Part shown: piece by piece, positions 9,826-18,586 of the stretch
Position numbering within the stretch: the first letter of the stretch is position 1
Layout: every line of letters starts with the position of its first letter
Origin: Chloroflexota bacterium
GTDB lineage: Bacteria > Chloroflexota > Anaerolineae > Aggregatilineales > J027
Direction: 5' to 3'
Length of the DNA: 62,839 nucleotides
Assembly: GCA_010092845.1 (NCBI GenBank)
Contig: JAADYW010000272.1
Location: 1 to 62,839, forward strand
Made by a program: the position numbers and the translations under genes
Notes under the pieces: model-generated
Database searches by the model: none
The model's input: the letters and a program-made list of their open reading frames with translations, nothing else
Told to the model about the DNA's origin: nothing

Positions 9826-9827
9826 GC

Positions 9828-10352
9828 ATGGAATATCGTTATCGTGAGAACGAAACGGACTATAACGTCCGCCTGGAAACCAACGATGATGGCACTTTTT
9901 CCGCATATATCGGTGACCGCCACTATGAGATCCGCCTGCAGCGCGCCCAACCTGGTCAACTCAATCTCTGGATAGATGGACGGCGCTTGCACGCTTATAC
10001 CGCCAGCATGAAGAGCGATATCACGGGCGTGCTCCACCACTACATCGCGCTCGTTGATCGCGAAGCGCGGCACTACGAATTGGTTACGCCGACTTCAACT
10101 GCTCGTTCGCAGCGTCCCGGGGCAGCATCTGGTACGCTCAAAGCGCAGATGCCAGGTCAGGTGATGGATGTCCTGGTCGCGGAGGGCGATACTGTCGAAC
10201 AGGGCCAGACGTTGATGATTCTGGAAGCTATGAAGATGGAAATCCGTGTTACCGCCCCCACGGCCGGGCAAATCAGTAGCCTGAATGCACGCAAGGGGCA
10301 TACGGTCGAGCGCGGCCAACAACTCGCGACGATCACCCCATTGCCGGAGTAG
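9828..10352 (+). CDS. BT-like + biotinyl (BCCP) domain protein: the split-off C-terminal part of the carboxylase alpha subunit
   Basis: Biotinylation motif EAMKMEI. The N-terminal part aligns with the BT region of fused MCC-alpha proteins. It starts 2 nt after the BC stop (TAGGCATG), in a different frame. Confidence 0.85.
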   Translation: MEYRYRENETDYNVRLETNDDGTFSAYIGDRHYEIRLQRAQPGQLNLWIDGRRLHAYTASMKSDITGVLHHYIALVDREARHYELVTPTSTARSQRPGAASGTLKAQMPGQVMDVLVAEGDTVEQGQTLMILEAMKMEIRVTAPTAGQISSLNARKGHTVERGQQLATITPLPE

Positions 10353-10399
10353 ACATCGCGTTGCTGCCGATAAGCTAGCCCACACCTGCGCCCCGCAAC

Positions 10400-11293
10400 C
10401 TAGATGATACCAGCCGTGCGCGCGCGGGCAATAACCCGCTCAGCAGCCCGAATCATCGGCATGTCAATCATCTTACCTTCGTACGCAAAAGCCCCCTCAC
10501 CGCTGGCCTGATGTTCCTCGTGCGCCGCAATGAGTTTCTGGGCCGCGGCGATCTCATCTGCTGTCGGTGTGAAGACATCGACAATTGGCGCCACCTGGCG
10601 GGGATGGATCGCGAGTTTGCCGGTATAGCCCATGTGCATTGCTTCGGTGGTCTCCACACGCAAGCCCTCTACATCATCCAGATCAATGAAAGGTGTATCA
10701 ATGGCTTGCAAGCCAAAGGCAGCCGCATGAATAACGACTGCGCTTCGCGCATAGAAGACTTCAGCACCGGAGCGGGAGCGCACCGCCCCAATGTCGCCTA
10801 CCAGGTCCTCAGCGCCAAAAATCAAGGCTACCAGACGCTGATCGGCAGCGGCGATCTCACGCAGATTAACCACGCCACGTGCAGTTTCAATGATCGCGAG
10901 CAGCTTGATCATGCCCGGTTCCATACCCAGCAGCAATTCACGCTCTAGAAGCGCATGCGATATCAACTGGATGTCGCGCGCAGACTCGACCTTGGGCAGC
11001 ACATAGCCATCTGGCCGCCCAACGATGGTGGCCGCAATATCCTCAGCCTGCATGCCCTTGCGAGGCTGATTGACGCGCACCAGCCGCTCAGTAGCGCCAA
11101 AGTCGATCTCACCTGATGTCAGCGCCTGGGTAACGGTCCGGCGTGCTTCCGGTTTACGATTCAGCGCCACGCCATCTTCGAGATCCATGATAATCGAGTC
11201 GACGCCTAGTGATGCCCCTTTGGTGATCTTCTTGAAACTATCACCTGGCATAAACAAAAGAACACGACGAATTTGATGGTCGGCAAAGGGCAT
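10400..11293 (-). CDS. citE: HpcH/HpaI aldolase / CitE-like beta-hydroxyacyl-CoA lyase
   Basis: 297 aa. LLFMPGDSFKKITKG...DSIIMDLEDGVA and TIM-barrel lyase-like layout typical of citrate lyase beta / malyl-CoA / citramalyl-CoA lyases. Confidence 0.8.
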   Translation of the reverse strand: MPFADHQIRRVLLFMPGDSFKKITKGASLGVDSIIMDLEDGVALNRKPEARRTVTQALTSGEIDFGATERLVRVNQPRKGMQAEDIAATIVGRPDGYVLPKVESARDIQLISHALLERELLLGMEPGMIKLLAIIETARGVVNLREIAAADQRLVALIFGAEDLVGDIGAVRSRSGAEVFYARSAVVIHAAAFGLQAIDTPFIDLDDVEGLRVETTEAMHMGYTGKLAIHPRQVAPIVDVFTPTADEIAAAQKLIAAHEEHQASGEGAFAYEGKMIDMPMIRAAERVIARARTAGII

Positions 11294-11303
11294 ATCGCGT
11301 CTC

Positions 11304-11765
11304 CTATTTCGCTTCCAATGGTCGCTTGAGAAACATCACCGTTCTCTCCACTTCGCATATGGTGGTGCCATCCTGATTCTTGCCAATGTGGCGGAGCTTG
11401 ACAATCCCTCTATCAGGTTTTGAGCGGGATTCGCGTTTCTCCAGGACTTCGCTCTCAACGTAGATCGTGTCACCATGAAAGACTGGATTCGGGTGCACCA
11501 CGCGCTCATACCCCAGGTTAGCGACAATTGTGCCATCAGTGAGTTCGCCGACAGTCAGGCCCACCACAAGTCCCAGGGTGAAAATACCGTTGACGATTCG
11601 CTGGCCGAATTGCGTCCTGGCGGCAAAGTCCTCATTCAAATGGAGTGGTTGCGGATTCATCGTCAGGGATGAAAACAGAGTATTGTCCATTTCGGTCACT
11701 GTGCGCCCCAGCGTGTGACGCATTCTCAGGCCAACTTCTAGATCTTCGAAATATCTCCCAGGCAT
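11304..11765 (-). CDS. MaoC-like (R)-specific enoyl-CoA hydratase, hot-dog fold
   Basis: MPGRYFEDLEVG...FSSLTMNPQPLHLNEDFA...GDTIYVESEV is MaoC dehydratase-like. ATG 11765 is preceded by GGGGGAGGA. Confidence 0.8.
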   Translation of the reverse strand: MPGRYFEDLEVGLRMRHTLGRTVTEMDNTLFSSLTMNPQPLHLNEDFAARTQFGQRIVNGIFTLGLVVGLTVGELTDGTIVANLGYERVVHPNPVFHGDTIYVESEVLEKRESRSKPDRGIVKLRHIGKNQDGTTICEVERTVMFLKRPLEAK

Positions 11766-11915
11766 TAGGTCCTCCCCCTGATTATCCTGGATACGGTGAT
11801 AAGCGTACCCTAACTCGCGCAATCGTGAAAACATCTTCGCACTAGACTATATTCTCGGCTATTATCTCAAGAAAATACGTTCACATTCCTGGAAATCATA
11901 AGCGAGAGTAGTTAT

Positions 11916-12677
11916 ATGCAATTGGAGAACAAGGTCGCTATTGTTACTGGGGCATCGCGCGGTATCGGCAAAGCCATTGCCATCGCCTTTGCCCGTGAAG
12001 GGGCCAGGGTGGTGCTTGCCAGCCGCAAGCAGGAACTGCTGGACGATGTGGTCAGTGAGATCGAGGCTGACGGAGGCACCGCCCGCGCTGTGGCCACCCA
12101 TACGGGCGATCCGATGCAGTGCAAAGCCCTGGTCGACGCAGCAATTGGTGCGTTTGGAAAGGTCGATATCCTGGTAAACAATGCCGCCACCAATCCGCAC
12201 TTTGGGCCGCTACTTACTGCGGAGGCGAGCCACTGGCAGAAAATCCTGGATGTCAACCTCATGGGCTATTTCTGGCTGAGCAAGTTCGTTACCGAAGGCT
12301 CAATGCAAGCCAGCGGTGGTGGTAAGATCATCAACATGGCTTCGACGGCCGGTATCAATCCCGGCCCGCTGATGGGTGTCTACAGCGTCAGCAAGGCCGC
12401 GGTGATTATGCTCACCAAAGCACTGGCGCAGGAGCTGGGCGGCTTCAACATCCAGGTCAATGCGATCGCGCCTGGTATCGTCAAAACCCGTTTCGCCCAG
12501 GCGCTATGGGGAAGCCCTGATATCCTGAAACGCTATACCGACCGCACGCCTCTGGAGAGGATCGCAGCGCCAGAGGACATCATTGGCCCGGTGGTTTATC
12601 TGGCCTCAGACCAGTCCGGCTACCACACCGGGGATGTTTTGCTCCTGGATGGCGGCAATAGTATCATGGGGTTCTAG
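11916..12677 (+). CDS. Short-chain dehydrogenase/reductase (SDR) family oxidoreductase
   Basis: TGASRGIGKAIA cofactor motif, NNAA, and catalytic YSVSKAA. Confidence 0.88.
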   Translation: MQLENKVAIVTGASRGIGKAIAIAFAREGARVVLASRKQELLDDVVSEIEADGGTARAVATHTGDPMQCKALVDAAIGAFGKVDILVNNAATNPHFGPLLTAEASHWQKILDVNLMGYFWLSKFVTEGSMQASGGGKIINMASTAGINPGPLMGVYSVSKAAVIMLTKALAQELGGFNIQVNAIAPGIVKTRFAQALWGSPDILKRYTDRTPLERIAAPEDIIGPVVYLASDQSGYHTGDVLLLDGGNSIMGF

Positions 12678-12705
12678 CAGTCGGTTCTCGATAGGGAGAA
12701 TATAT

Positions 12706-13959
12706 ATGCGGTCACCACGGTCTGAACTCGGAAACTGGTGGTGGCTATTGATCTTGGTCTTCTTTGGGTTCTCGGTAACGGGATCAGTAGCCGTTTTCGT
12801 TGTGCAGTTGCTTGGTTTTCCGTGGGAGTGGTCTTTTGGGATCTCGATCCTGTTGCTGTTAGGTGCAGCCTATCTCCTGTTTCAGAGCTACTCGATTGAA
12901 GCCTGGTTCCTGCTCGGCTGTGTCGCGGTTGCCGGCTTGAGTGGATTGGCCATCGTGCGGGGCCTGACAGTCGCCGAGCCCGATCCGCCCAATGGTATTT
13001 CAGATGCAACGTTGGCTGCCATTCAGAAGCGCGCAGAAGCCGGCTACATTGACGCTTACGACACATACTATGATGATCTTGTTATCGAGCCCGAACAAGA
13101 CACGTTCACGATTGACCTCAGCTACCTGGATGAAGTCGCCCTCACGCTGGAATTTCCGCCAATTGACACCCTGGATGGTCAATGGGCCTTCGAGCGCGGC
13201 GCCGTCCGCGCCAATGGCGCACTCAACGGCTCTTTCCGTGCTAACCCGGATGACAATTGGTTCACAAATGAGGAGGTTATTTTCGAAGCATCTGAGTCCT
13301 CGATGCTGGAGTCCGTCTATCCGCGGCTGACGATCACATTGCCCATAAGCGATCGCGAGTCCGGGCAAATGTTGGCCCTGAGTGCAACCCTCACGATCAC
13401 GTATCCGTTACCGGCGGAGAATGAGGCCGGCTTCACGACAGAGAGGGAAGAGCTGACTCGTTCGCTCAGCGGGACCATTGACGACACGTTCAGCTATTAT
13501 GAGTACGAGACGGCCTACCGGAACTACGTGCGGGCCCGGGACGTTGTGGAAGACAGCCCGGGTTTGATCCCGATGGCTGTAGTCAGTGTATTGGGGATAG
13601 CAGCAGCTGGCTACTTTCTGTATCGGGGCAATTGGCGCGAGCGCAGCAGCGGGCTGACCGTACAGGTCCGCCAACTCAGCGGACTACAGCGGCTCGGTAT
13701 TGAGGCGCATAAGTTAGCGAGCATCAATGATGAGGCGCAATCGGTGTCGCAGGGAATATTCGTGGGCATGGTCAACGCGCAATCACCGGCCGGACGTGCG
13801 GGGCTCCAGTCAGGGGATATTATGACCCATTTCGCCAGCAAACCTCTCCGGTCCCCGGCTGAACTCAACCGGCTAGCGAGCCGGATTGCGCGCGGCGAAG
13901 TTGCCCAGGCGACGATTCTACGCGAAGGTCAGCAGATGGACCTGTTCATCAAGTTCTAG
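12706..13959 (+). CDS. Polytopic membrane protein with C-terminal PDZ domain
   Basis: N-terminal TM helices (WWWLLILVFFGFSVTGSVAVFVV...) and a later TM (LIPMAVVSVLGIAAAGYFLY). C-terminal PDZ-like GIFVGMVNAQSPAGRAGLQSGDIMTHF. RBS AGGGAGAA lies before ATG 12706. Confidence 0.7.
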   Translation: MRSPRSELGNWWWLLILVFFGFSVTGSVAVFVVQLLGFPWEWSFGISILLLLGAAYLLFQSYSIEAWFLLGCVAVAGLSGLAIVRGLTVAEPDPPNGISDATLAAIQKRAEAGYIDAYDTYYDDLVIEPEQDTFTIDLSYLDEVALTLEFPPIDTLDGQWAFERGAVRANGALNGSFRANPDDNWFTNEEVIFEASESSMLESVYPRLTITLPISDRESGQMLALSATLTITYPLPAENEAGFTTEREELTRSLSGTIDDTFSYYEYETAYRNYVRARDVVEDSPGLIPMAVVSVLGIAAAGYFLYRGNWRERSSGLTVQVRQLSGLQRLGIEAHKLASINDEAQSVSQGIFVGMVNAQSPAGRAGLQSGDIMTHFASKPLRSPAELNRLASRIARGEVAQATILREGQQMDLFIKF

Positions 13960-14771
13960 AGTAAGCCTTTGCGACGCAGTTCGGCTTCGAGCTTTCGAAA
14001 ACCACCCGGCTCGTCATTGACAAAATCGATGTATGGAACCCCTGCAGTCAGCAGCGTAGGTTCCATTTCGCGCACATGTAGCAGGAAGACAGGCGTTTGC
14101 ACCTGCTCGGAAAAGATGAGCTCTTTGGGGGTCCAGGGTGAGCGCTTCCAATCAGGGGACAAAACGCTTAGAGTGGCCACAGCTTCGCGGATTACGTCCT
14201 CAAGTTCCAGGAAGAGCTGGGTATGGTAATCCCGGTTGCTTTCCTGATAGTCCCAATAGCTATAGTCATGCTCCATCAGAAATTGACGTAGCCGTTGGAC
14301 AAAAGCCGTGTCTTCCTCGGCATAGCTGATAAACACGTAGCCCCGCGACTGCGCGCTCTTGCGGACCACCGGCTCGTTCTGGCGCGTATCCGCAGGCAAT
14401 CGTTCCAGCAAGCTTTCAAGAACGCCGGCATAGCCCTTGCGGACATCCAGCCAGTCGATGCCATAAAGTTGCTTCGGCATCGCGCGAAAACCCGGGAAAT
14501 CACGCACGACAGGAAAGACCGTCACGCCATTTTCCTGCGCAATCTCGAGATCGCTGAGCATCAACTTGGAGTTCATTGAGCCCCGGCTGGAGATATAGAC
14601 CACGGCATCTGCCTGGGCAATGGCCGCTCGGATGGCTTCGCCCCAATTCTGCCCGGGGGCGATCTCCTCGATACCGCGCCAGACATCGACGCCGGCCTGC
14701 TCAAGATCGTCTGATAGCTGCTCGGCAAAACGCTTGTCAGGACGCGCATAACGCACGAAAACGTAACCCAC
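13956..14771 (-). CDS. Stand-alone tandem-TIR domain protein (two TIR_2-like domains)
   Basis: Domain 1: GYVFVRYARPDKRFAEQLSDDLEQAGVDVW...AVVYISSRGSMNSKLMLSDLE. Domain 2: GYVFISYAEEDTAFVQRLRQFLMEHDYSYW...LSVLSPDWKRSPWTPKEL. Both show the (V/I)F(I/V)SY start and the S...S.W...E(L) element. GTG start. Confidence 0.75.
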   Translation of the reverse strand: MGYVFVRYARPDKRFAEQLSDDLEQAGVDVWRGIEEIAPGQNWGEAIRAAIAQADAVVYISSRGSMNSKLMLSDLEIAQENGVTVFPVVRDFPGFRAMPKQLYGIDWLDVRKGYAGVLESLLERLPADTRQNEPVVRKSAQSRGYVFISYAEEDTAFVQRLRQFLMEHDYSYWDYQESNRDYHTQLFLELEDVIREAVATLSVLSPDWKRSPWTPKELIFSEQVQTPVFLLHVREMEPTLLTAGVPYIDFVNDEPGGFRKLEAELRRKGLL

Positions 14772-14861
14772 CTCGGCCCCCTGTGCACACTCTTGGACAC
14801 CTGTCTCATATTATAGAACCAACCCCCCAGCCAAAACCAGTGCTCGAAGAAGACTGCGTCG

Positions 14862-14881
14862 CCAATCGCAGGGGCCGATTG
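14862..14881 (-). terminator. Hairpin just after the topA stop (CCAATCG-N6-CGATTGG), no clear U-tract
   Basis: 7-bp perfect inverted repeat within 30 nt of the topA stop codon. Confidence 0.3.
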
Positions 14882-14888
14882 GCAAGGT

Positions 14889-17453
14889 TTAGCTTTCCTT
14901 CTTCTTGCTGGATGACTTGCGCTTGGACGTTGATTTCTTAGAACTCCGCTTTTTGGCGAGCAACGTAACCGCCATCTCCAGCGTTACAGTGTCAGGTGGG
15001 GTATCCTTCGGGAGGCTGGCATTGGTGCGCTTGTGTTTGACATATGGACCGTAGCGGCCTGTATTGAGGGTGATCACGTCGCCGTCATCGGGGTGTGGGC
15101 CTAGCTCACGCAGGACACTCGAGGACGTACCTTTCTTCTGCCGGAGTAGCTCAACTGCCCGATCAAGCCCAATCGTCAAAATATCATCGTCTTTAGTCAG
15201 CGATTTATAGGTTTTGCCGCGCCGCACGTAGGGGCCATAGCGACCGATTCCGGCCTGGATTTCCTCACCGGTTTCAGGATCATCCCCCAACGTGCGAGGC
15301 AGCGCCAGCAGGCCCAGCGCCTGGTCAAGGCCAACAGAATCCGGAGGCATTGAGCGTGGCAGCGAAACGCGCTTTGGTTTCTCGCCATTTTCACCGGCTT
15401 CCCCCAGCTGGATGTAGTACCCGTAGGGGCCCTGCATCAAGAAGATGGACTGGCCGCTTTCGGGATCCTCACCCAGGACTGGTGGTCCTTCGTCTTTCTG
15501 GCGCAGCAGCTCCTCAATGACCTCGTGTTCTACGTCACCGGGGGCCATATCCGCCGGCAGCGAGGCCCGCAAGATATCATTGCCATTCTCTTTTTCGACA
15601 TAGGGACCGTAGCGACCAACACGTACCTTGGCCTCCAGTTCATCAAGATCCAGTGCGTAGATGTCGCGTGGATCGATATTCTCTTCTTTGCGCTGAACCT
15701 GCGCCTCGAGTCCGTCTTCTCCGCAATAGAAGTCGCGTAGATAGGGCAACCAGTCGGCGGCGCCGGTGGCAATCTCGTCGAGCGTCTGCTCCATGCGTGC
15801 AGTGAACTCGGCATTGACTAGATCAGGGAAATGCAGAGAGAGCAACCGCACCACTGCAAATGCCATGAAGGTGGGTATCAACTGGTTGCTGGATTTGACG
15901 ACATAGCCGCGGTCCTGAATTGTGCTGATAACAGTCGCGTAGGTACTGGGACGCCCCACGCCATCGCGTTCAAGGGCCTGGACAAGCGCCGCCTCAGTGA
16001 AGCGACTGGGTGGCTTGGTTTCATGACCAATGGCTTCTAGCTCCTGGCAGGCGACGCGCTCATCCACCTGCAGTGACGGCAAGATCACCTCCTGGTCATC
16101 GAGGGCCGCATCCGGATCATCCGAGCCTTCGACATAAGCTCGGAAGAAGCCCGGAAATTCGATACGCTTGCCAGATGCCTCAAATACCGCGTCTTCAACA
16201 CCGATCGAAACAGTCACAAAGCGTAAAATCGCTTCCGCCATTTGCGTTGCCATCGTCCGCTTCCAGATCATATCGTAAACGCGATATTCAACGCCTTTGA
16301 GACCCAGATCCTCAGCAGTTGGCATCTTATTGCCCGCAGGACGAATCGCCTCGTGTGCTTCCTGAGCACCCTTGGACTTCGTGGTGTACTGGCGGGGTTT
16401 ATCACTCAGGTACTCATCACCATAGCGTCGCGTAACGGCGGACCGCGCGGCCCCGATGGCCTCCTGTGACAGATGTACCGAGTCAGTACGCATGTACGTA
16501 ATATATCCCTGTTCGTAGAGGCGCTGTGCGACGCGCATGGTCTCGCGTGATGACAGACGGAGCTTGCGGTTGGCCTCTTGCTGGAGCGTACTGGTCACAA
16601 AAGGCGGCGGCGGACGGCGGCGCTGTACGCGTTCCTTGACATCAATTACTGTCCATTCACCATCAATCAGTCGCTCGCGCAATGCCAGTGCCTGGGCCTC
16701 GTCCAGAAGCAGGACCTTGGCCCGCTTCTTGAGCTTGCCCGTGTTATCATCAAAATCCTTGCCGGTGGCAACGCGCTGGCCACCCACCGACACCAACGTA
16801 GCTGGAAAAGTCTGCTTATGAGCCAGAATCGTGGCGCGCAAGTCCCAATAGCTGGCCGGTACAAAAGCCAGACGCTGGTTTTCTCGCTCCACCAAAATCT
16901 GTACAGCAACCGATTGAACCCGCCCGGCTGAGAGCCCCGGTGCAACCTTCTTCCACAGCAGCGGCGAGATGGTATAGCCAACCAGACGGTCCAGAATCCG
17001 CCGCGTTTCCTGGGCACGCACCAGTTTCTCATCGATCTGCCTTGTGGACTCCAGGGCAGCTTCAATCGCCTCGCGGGTGATCTCATGGAACACCATCCGC
17101 CGCACTGGGACTTTCGGCTTCAACACTTCTGTCAGGTGCCAGCCAATACTCTCGCCCTCACGGTCTTCGTCTGTCGCCAGAATCAGTTCGTCGGCTTCCT
17201 TAAGGCGTTGTTTCAGCTCTTTGATAACCTTCTTCTTGTCCGAAGGCACCACATATAACGGCGCGAAGTCGTTGTCGACATCAACACCGATACGTGACCA
17301 AGGTTTGTCCTTATAGGCTGCCGGGATCTCTTTAGCTGAAGGCGGCAGATCACGTACATGCCCCATCGAGGCCTCTACAACATAGTCCTCAGGCAGGTAA
17401 TTGCGTATTGTTCGCGCCTTCGTCGGGGACTCTACTATAACCAGTCGGCTCAT
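14889..17453 (-). CDS. topA: DNA topoisomerase I (type IA) with GRYGPYV C-terminal repeats and a lysine-rich tail
   Basis: Toprim start [13 protein letters not shown]. Active-site region [10 protein letters not shown]. Four (G)RYGPYV repeats. C-terminal [21 protein letters not shown]. Confidence 0.95.
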   Translation of the reverse strand: MSRLVIVESPTKARTIRNYLPEDYVVEASMGHVRDLPPSAKEIPAAYKDKPWSRIGVDVDNDFAPLYVVPSDKKKVIKELKQRLKEADELILATDEDREGESIGWHLTEVLKPKVPVRRMVFHEITREAIEAALESTRQIDEKLVRAQETRRILDRLVGYTISPLLWKKVAPGLSAGRVQSVAVQILVERENQRLAFVPASYWDLRATILAHKQTFPATLVSVGGQRVATGKDFDDNTGKLKKRAKVLLLDEAQALALRERLIDGEWTVIDVKERVQRRRPPPPFVTSTLQQEANRKLRLSSRETMRVAQRLYEQGYITYMRTDSVHLSQEAIGAARSAVTRRYGDEYLSDKPRQYTTKSKGAQEAHEAIRPAGNKMPTAEDLGLKGVEYRVYDMIWKRTMATQMAEAILRFVTVSIGVEDAVFEASGKRIEFPGFFRAYVEGSDDPDAALDDQEVILPSLQVDERVACQELEAIGHETKPPSRFTEAALVQALERDGVGRPSTYATVISTIQDRGYVVKSSNQLIPTFMAFAVVRLLSLHFPDLVNAEFTARMEQTLDEIATGAADWLPYLRDFYCGEDGLEAQVQRKEENIDPRDIYALDLDELEAKVRVGRYGPYVEKENGNDILRASLPADMAPGDVEHEVIEELLRQKDEGPPVLGEDPESGQSIFLMQGPYGYYIQLGEAGENGEKPKRVSLPRSMPPDSVGLDQALGLLALPRTLGDDPETGEEIQAGIGRYGPYVRRGKTYKSLTKDDDILTIGLDRAVELLRQKKGTSSSVLRELGPHPDDGDVITLNTGRYGPYVKHKRTNASLPKDTPPDTVTLEMAVTLLAKKRSSKKSTSKRKSSSKKKES

Positions 17454-17575
17454 TCTATTGTTCCGTTAGATCACCCATGTCCACAATTTATCTTTGCCGC
17501 CAACAGGCTACACGACATACAATCATATTGTCAAGTAACCCATCGGCCAAATCTTGAACAGTCCGGAAGCAAACT

Positions 17576-18586
17576 ATGCTGCTACTCATCCGTATAATGC
17601 TTGCTGTATTCGGCGGGTTTTCAATCCTGCTGGCGGGTTTTCTGGAGAATCACAGCCCGGAAATCGCGCCGTCCTACCACCTGGCCTTTATCTCAACGCG
17701 CAGCGGTTATCTAGACTACCAGCTCTACCGAATGCGGGCAGACGGGCAGATCGTCCAACAACTCACCTATCGCGAGCCAGATAACCGGACCCAACGCTCA
17801 CCTGCCTGGTCGCCTGACGGTGAATGGATCACATTCACCTCCTATGGTACCCAAACCGAAATCTACCGAGTCCGGCCAGACGGCAGTGATCTGCAACCCT
17901 TCATCTCACCATTGCAGCAACGGTTCTTCGGCAGCGTCTCGCAACCCAACTGGTCACCAGACGGGCGTAAAGTCGCCTTCATTGCCAACGATGCCGGCAG
18001 CCCTGAGATCTTTGTGTTGGCAATCGACAGCAATAATATCCAGCAGGTCACTGAGTCAATTGGCACGATTCTGGAACCCAGGTGGTCGCCAGATAGCCAA
18101 TGGATTGCCTTTTCGTCGAACCGTACCGGCAAGACAGAGATCTACAAGATCCGGGCCGATGGCAGCGATGAAAAGCGGCTTACGGATAGCCCGGGCTGGA
18201 ATCGCTATCCGTCCTGGTCGCCGGATGGGCAATGGCTGACCTTCGCATCCGATCGTGATGGCGCCATGCAGATCTATCGTATGCGGGCCGACGGCAGCGG
18301 GGTACAGCAGTTAACGTCCGGTGCAGCCAGCACACTACCCGTCTGGTCTCCTGACGGGCACTTGATCGCTTATGTGAGCGAGGGCAGCGGCAAGCCTGAG
18401 ATCTATACGATGAAGCCGGACGGTAGCCAGCCACGCCAGATCACGCGGAGCACGGGTGACAACGTCTACCCCGTATGGGCCCCACCCCAGCGGGAGGAAC
18501 GGCCACCAATATGGGTACCAGCCCTGGTTGGCCTTCTGATCCTGCCCGCTAGCCTGAACTGGCGAGCCACGTTTTCGCGAAGCTAG
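17576..18586 (+). CDS. Membrane-anchored TolB-like PD40 beta-propeller repeat protein
   Basis: N-terminal TM, then five to six repeats of the WSPDG signature (AWSPDGEW, NWSPDGRK, RWSPDSQW, SWSPDGQW, VWSPDGHL). Hydrophobic C-terminal segment. Confidence 0.8.
   Translation: MLLLIRIMLAVFGGFSILLAGFLENHSPEIAPSYHLAFISTRSGYLDYQLYRMRADGQIVQQLTYREPDNRTQRSPAWSPDGEWITFTSYGTQTEIYRVRPDGSDLQPFISPLQQRFFGSVSQPNWSPDGRKVAFIANDAGSPEIFVLAIDSNNIQQVTESIGTILEPRWSPDSQWIAFSSNRTGKTEIYKIRADGSDEKRLTDSPGWNRYPSWSPDGQWLTFASDRDGAMQIYRMRADGSGVQQLTSGAASTLPVWSPDGHLIAYVSEGSGKPEIYTMKPDGSQPRQITRSTGDNVYPVWAPPQREERPPIWVPALVGLLILPASLNWRATFSRS

Noticed and set aside
9820-9830. BC/BCCP junction (TAGGCATG) as a frameshift pseudogene
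   Set aside because: The downstream ORF has its own ATG and a purine-rich stretch upstream, and the split falls precisely at a domain boundary with no lost residues. Natural gene fission is as likely as error, so it is reported as a finding and not called a pseudogene.
13956-13959. 4-nt convergent stop-codon overlaps (CTAG at 13956-13959 and 18583-18586) linking each TIR gene to a membrane-protein gene, as a possible system-specific signature
   Set aside because: The same kind of convergent overlap (TTAA) occurs at 35965-35968 between unrelated genes. It looks like general genome compaction, not a functional coupling signal.
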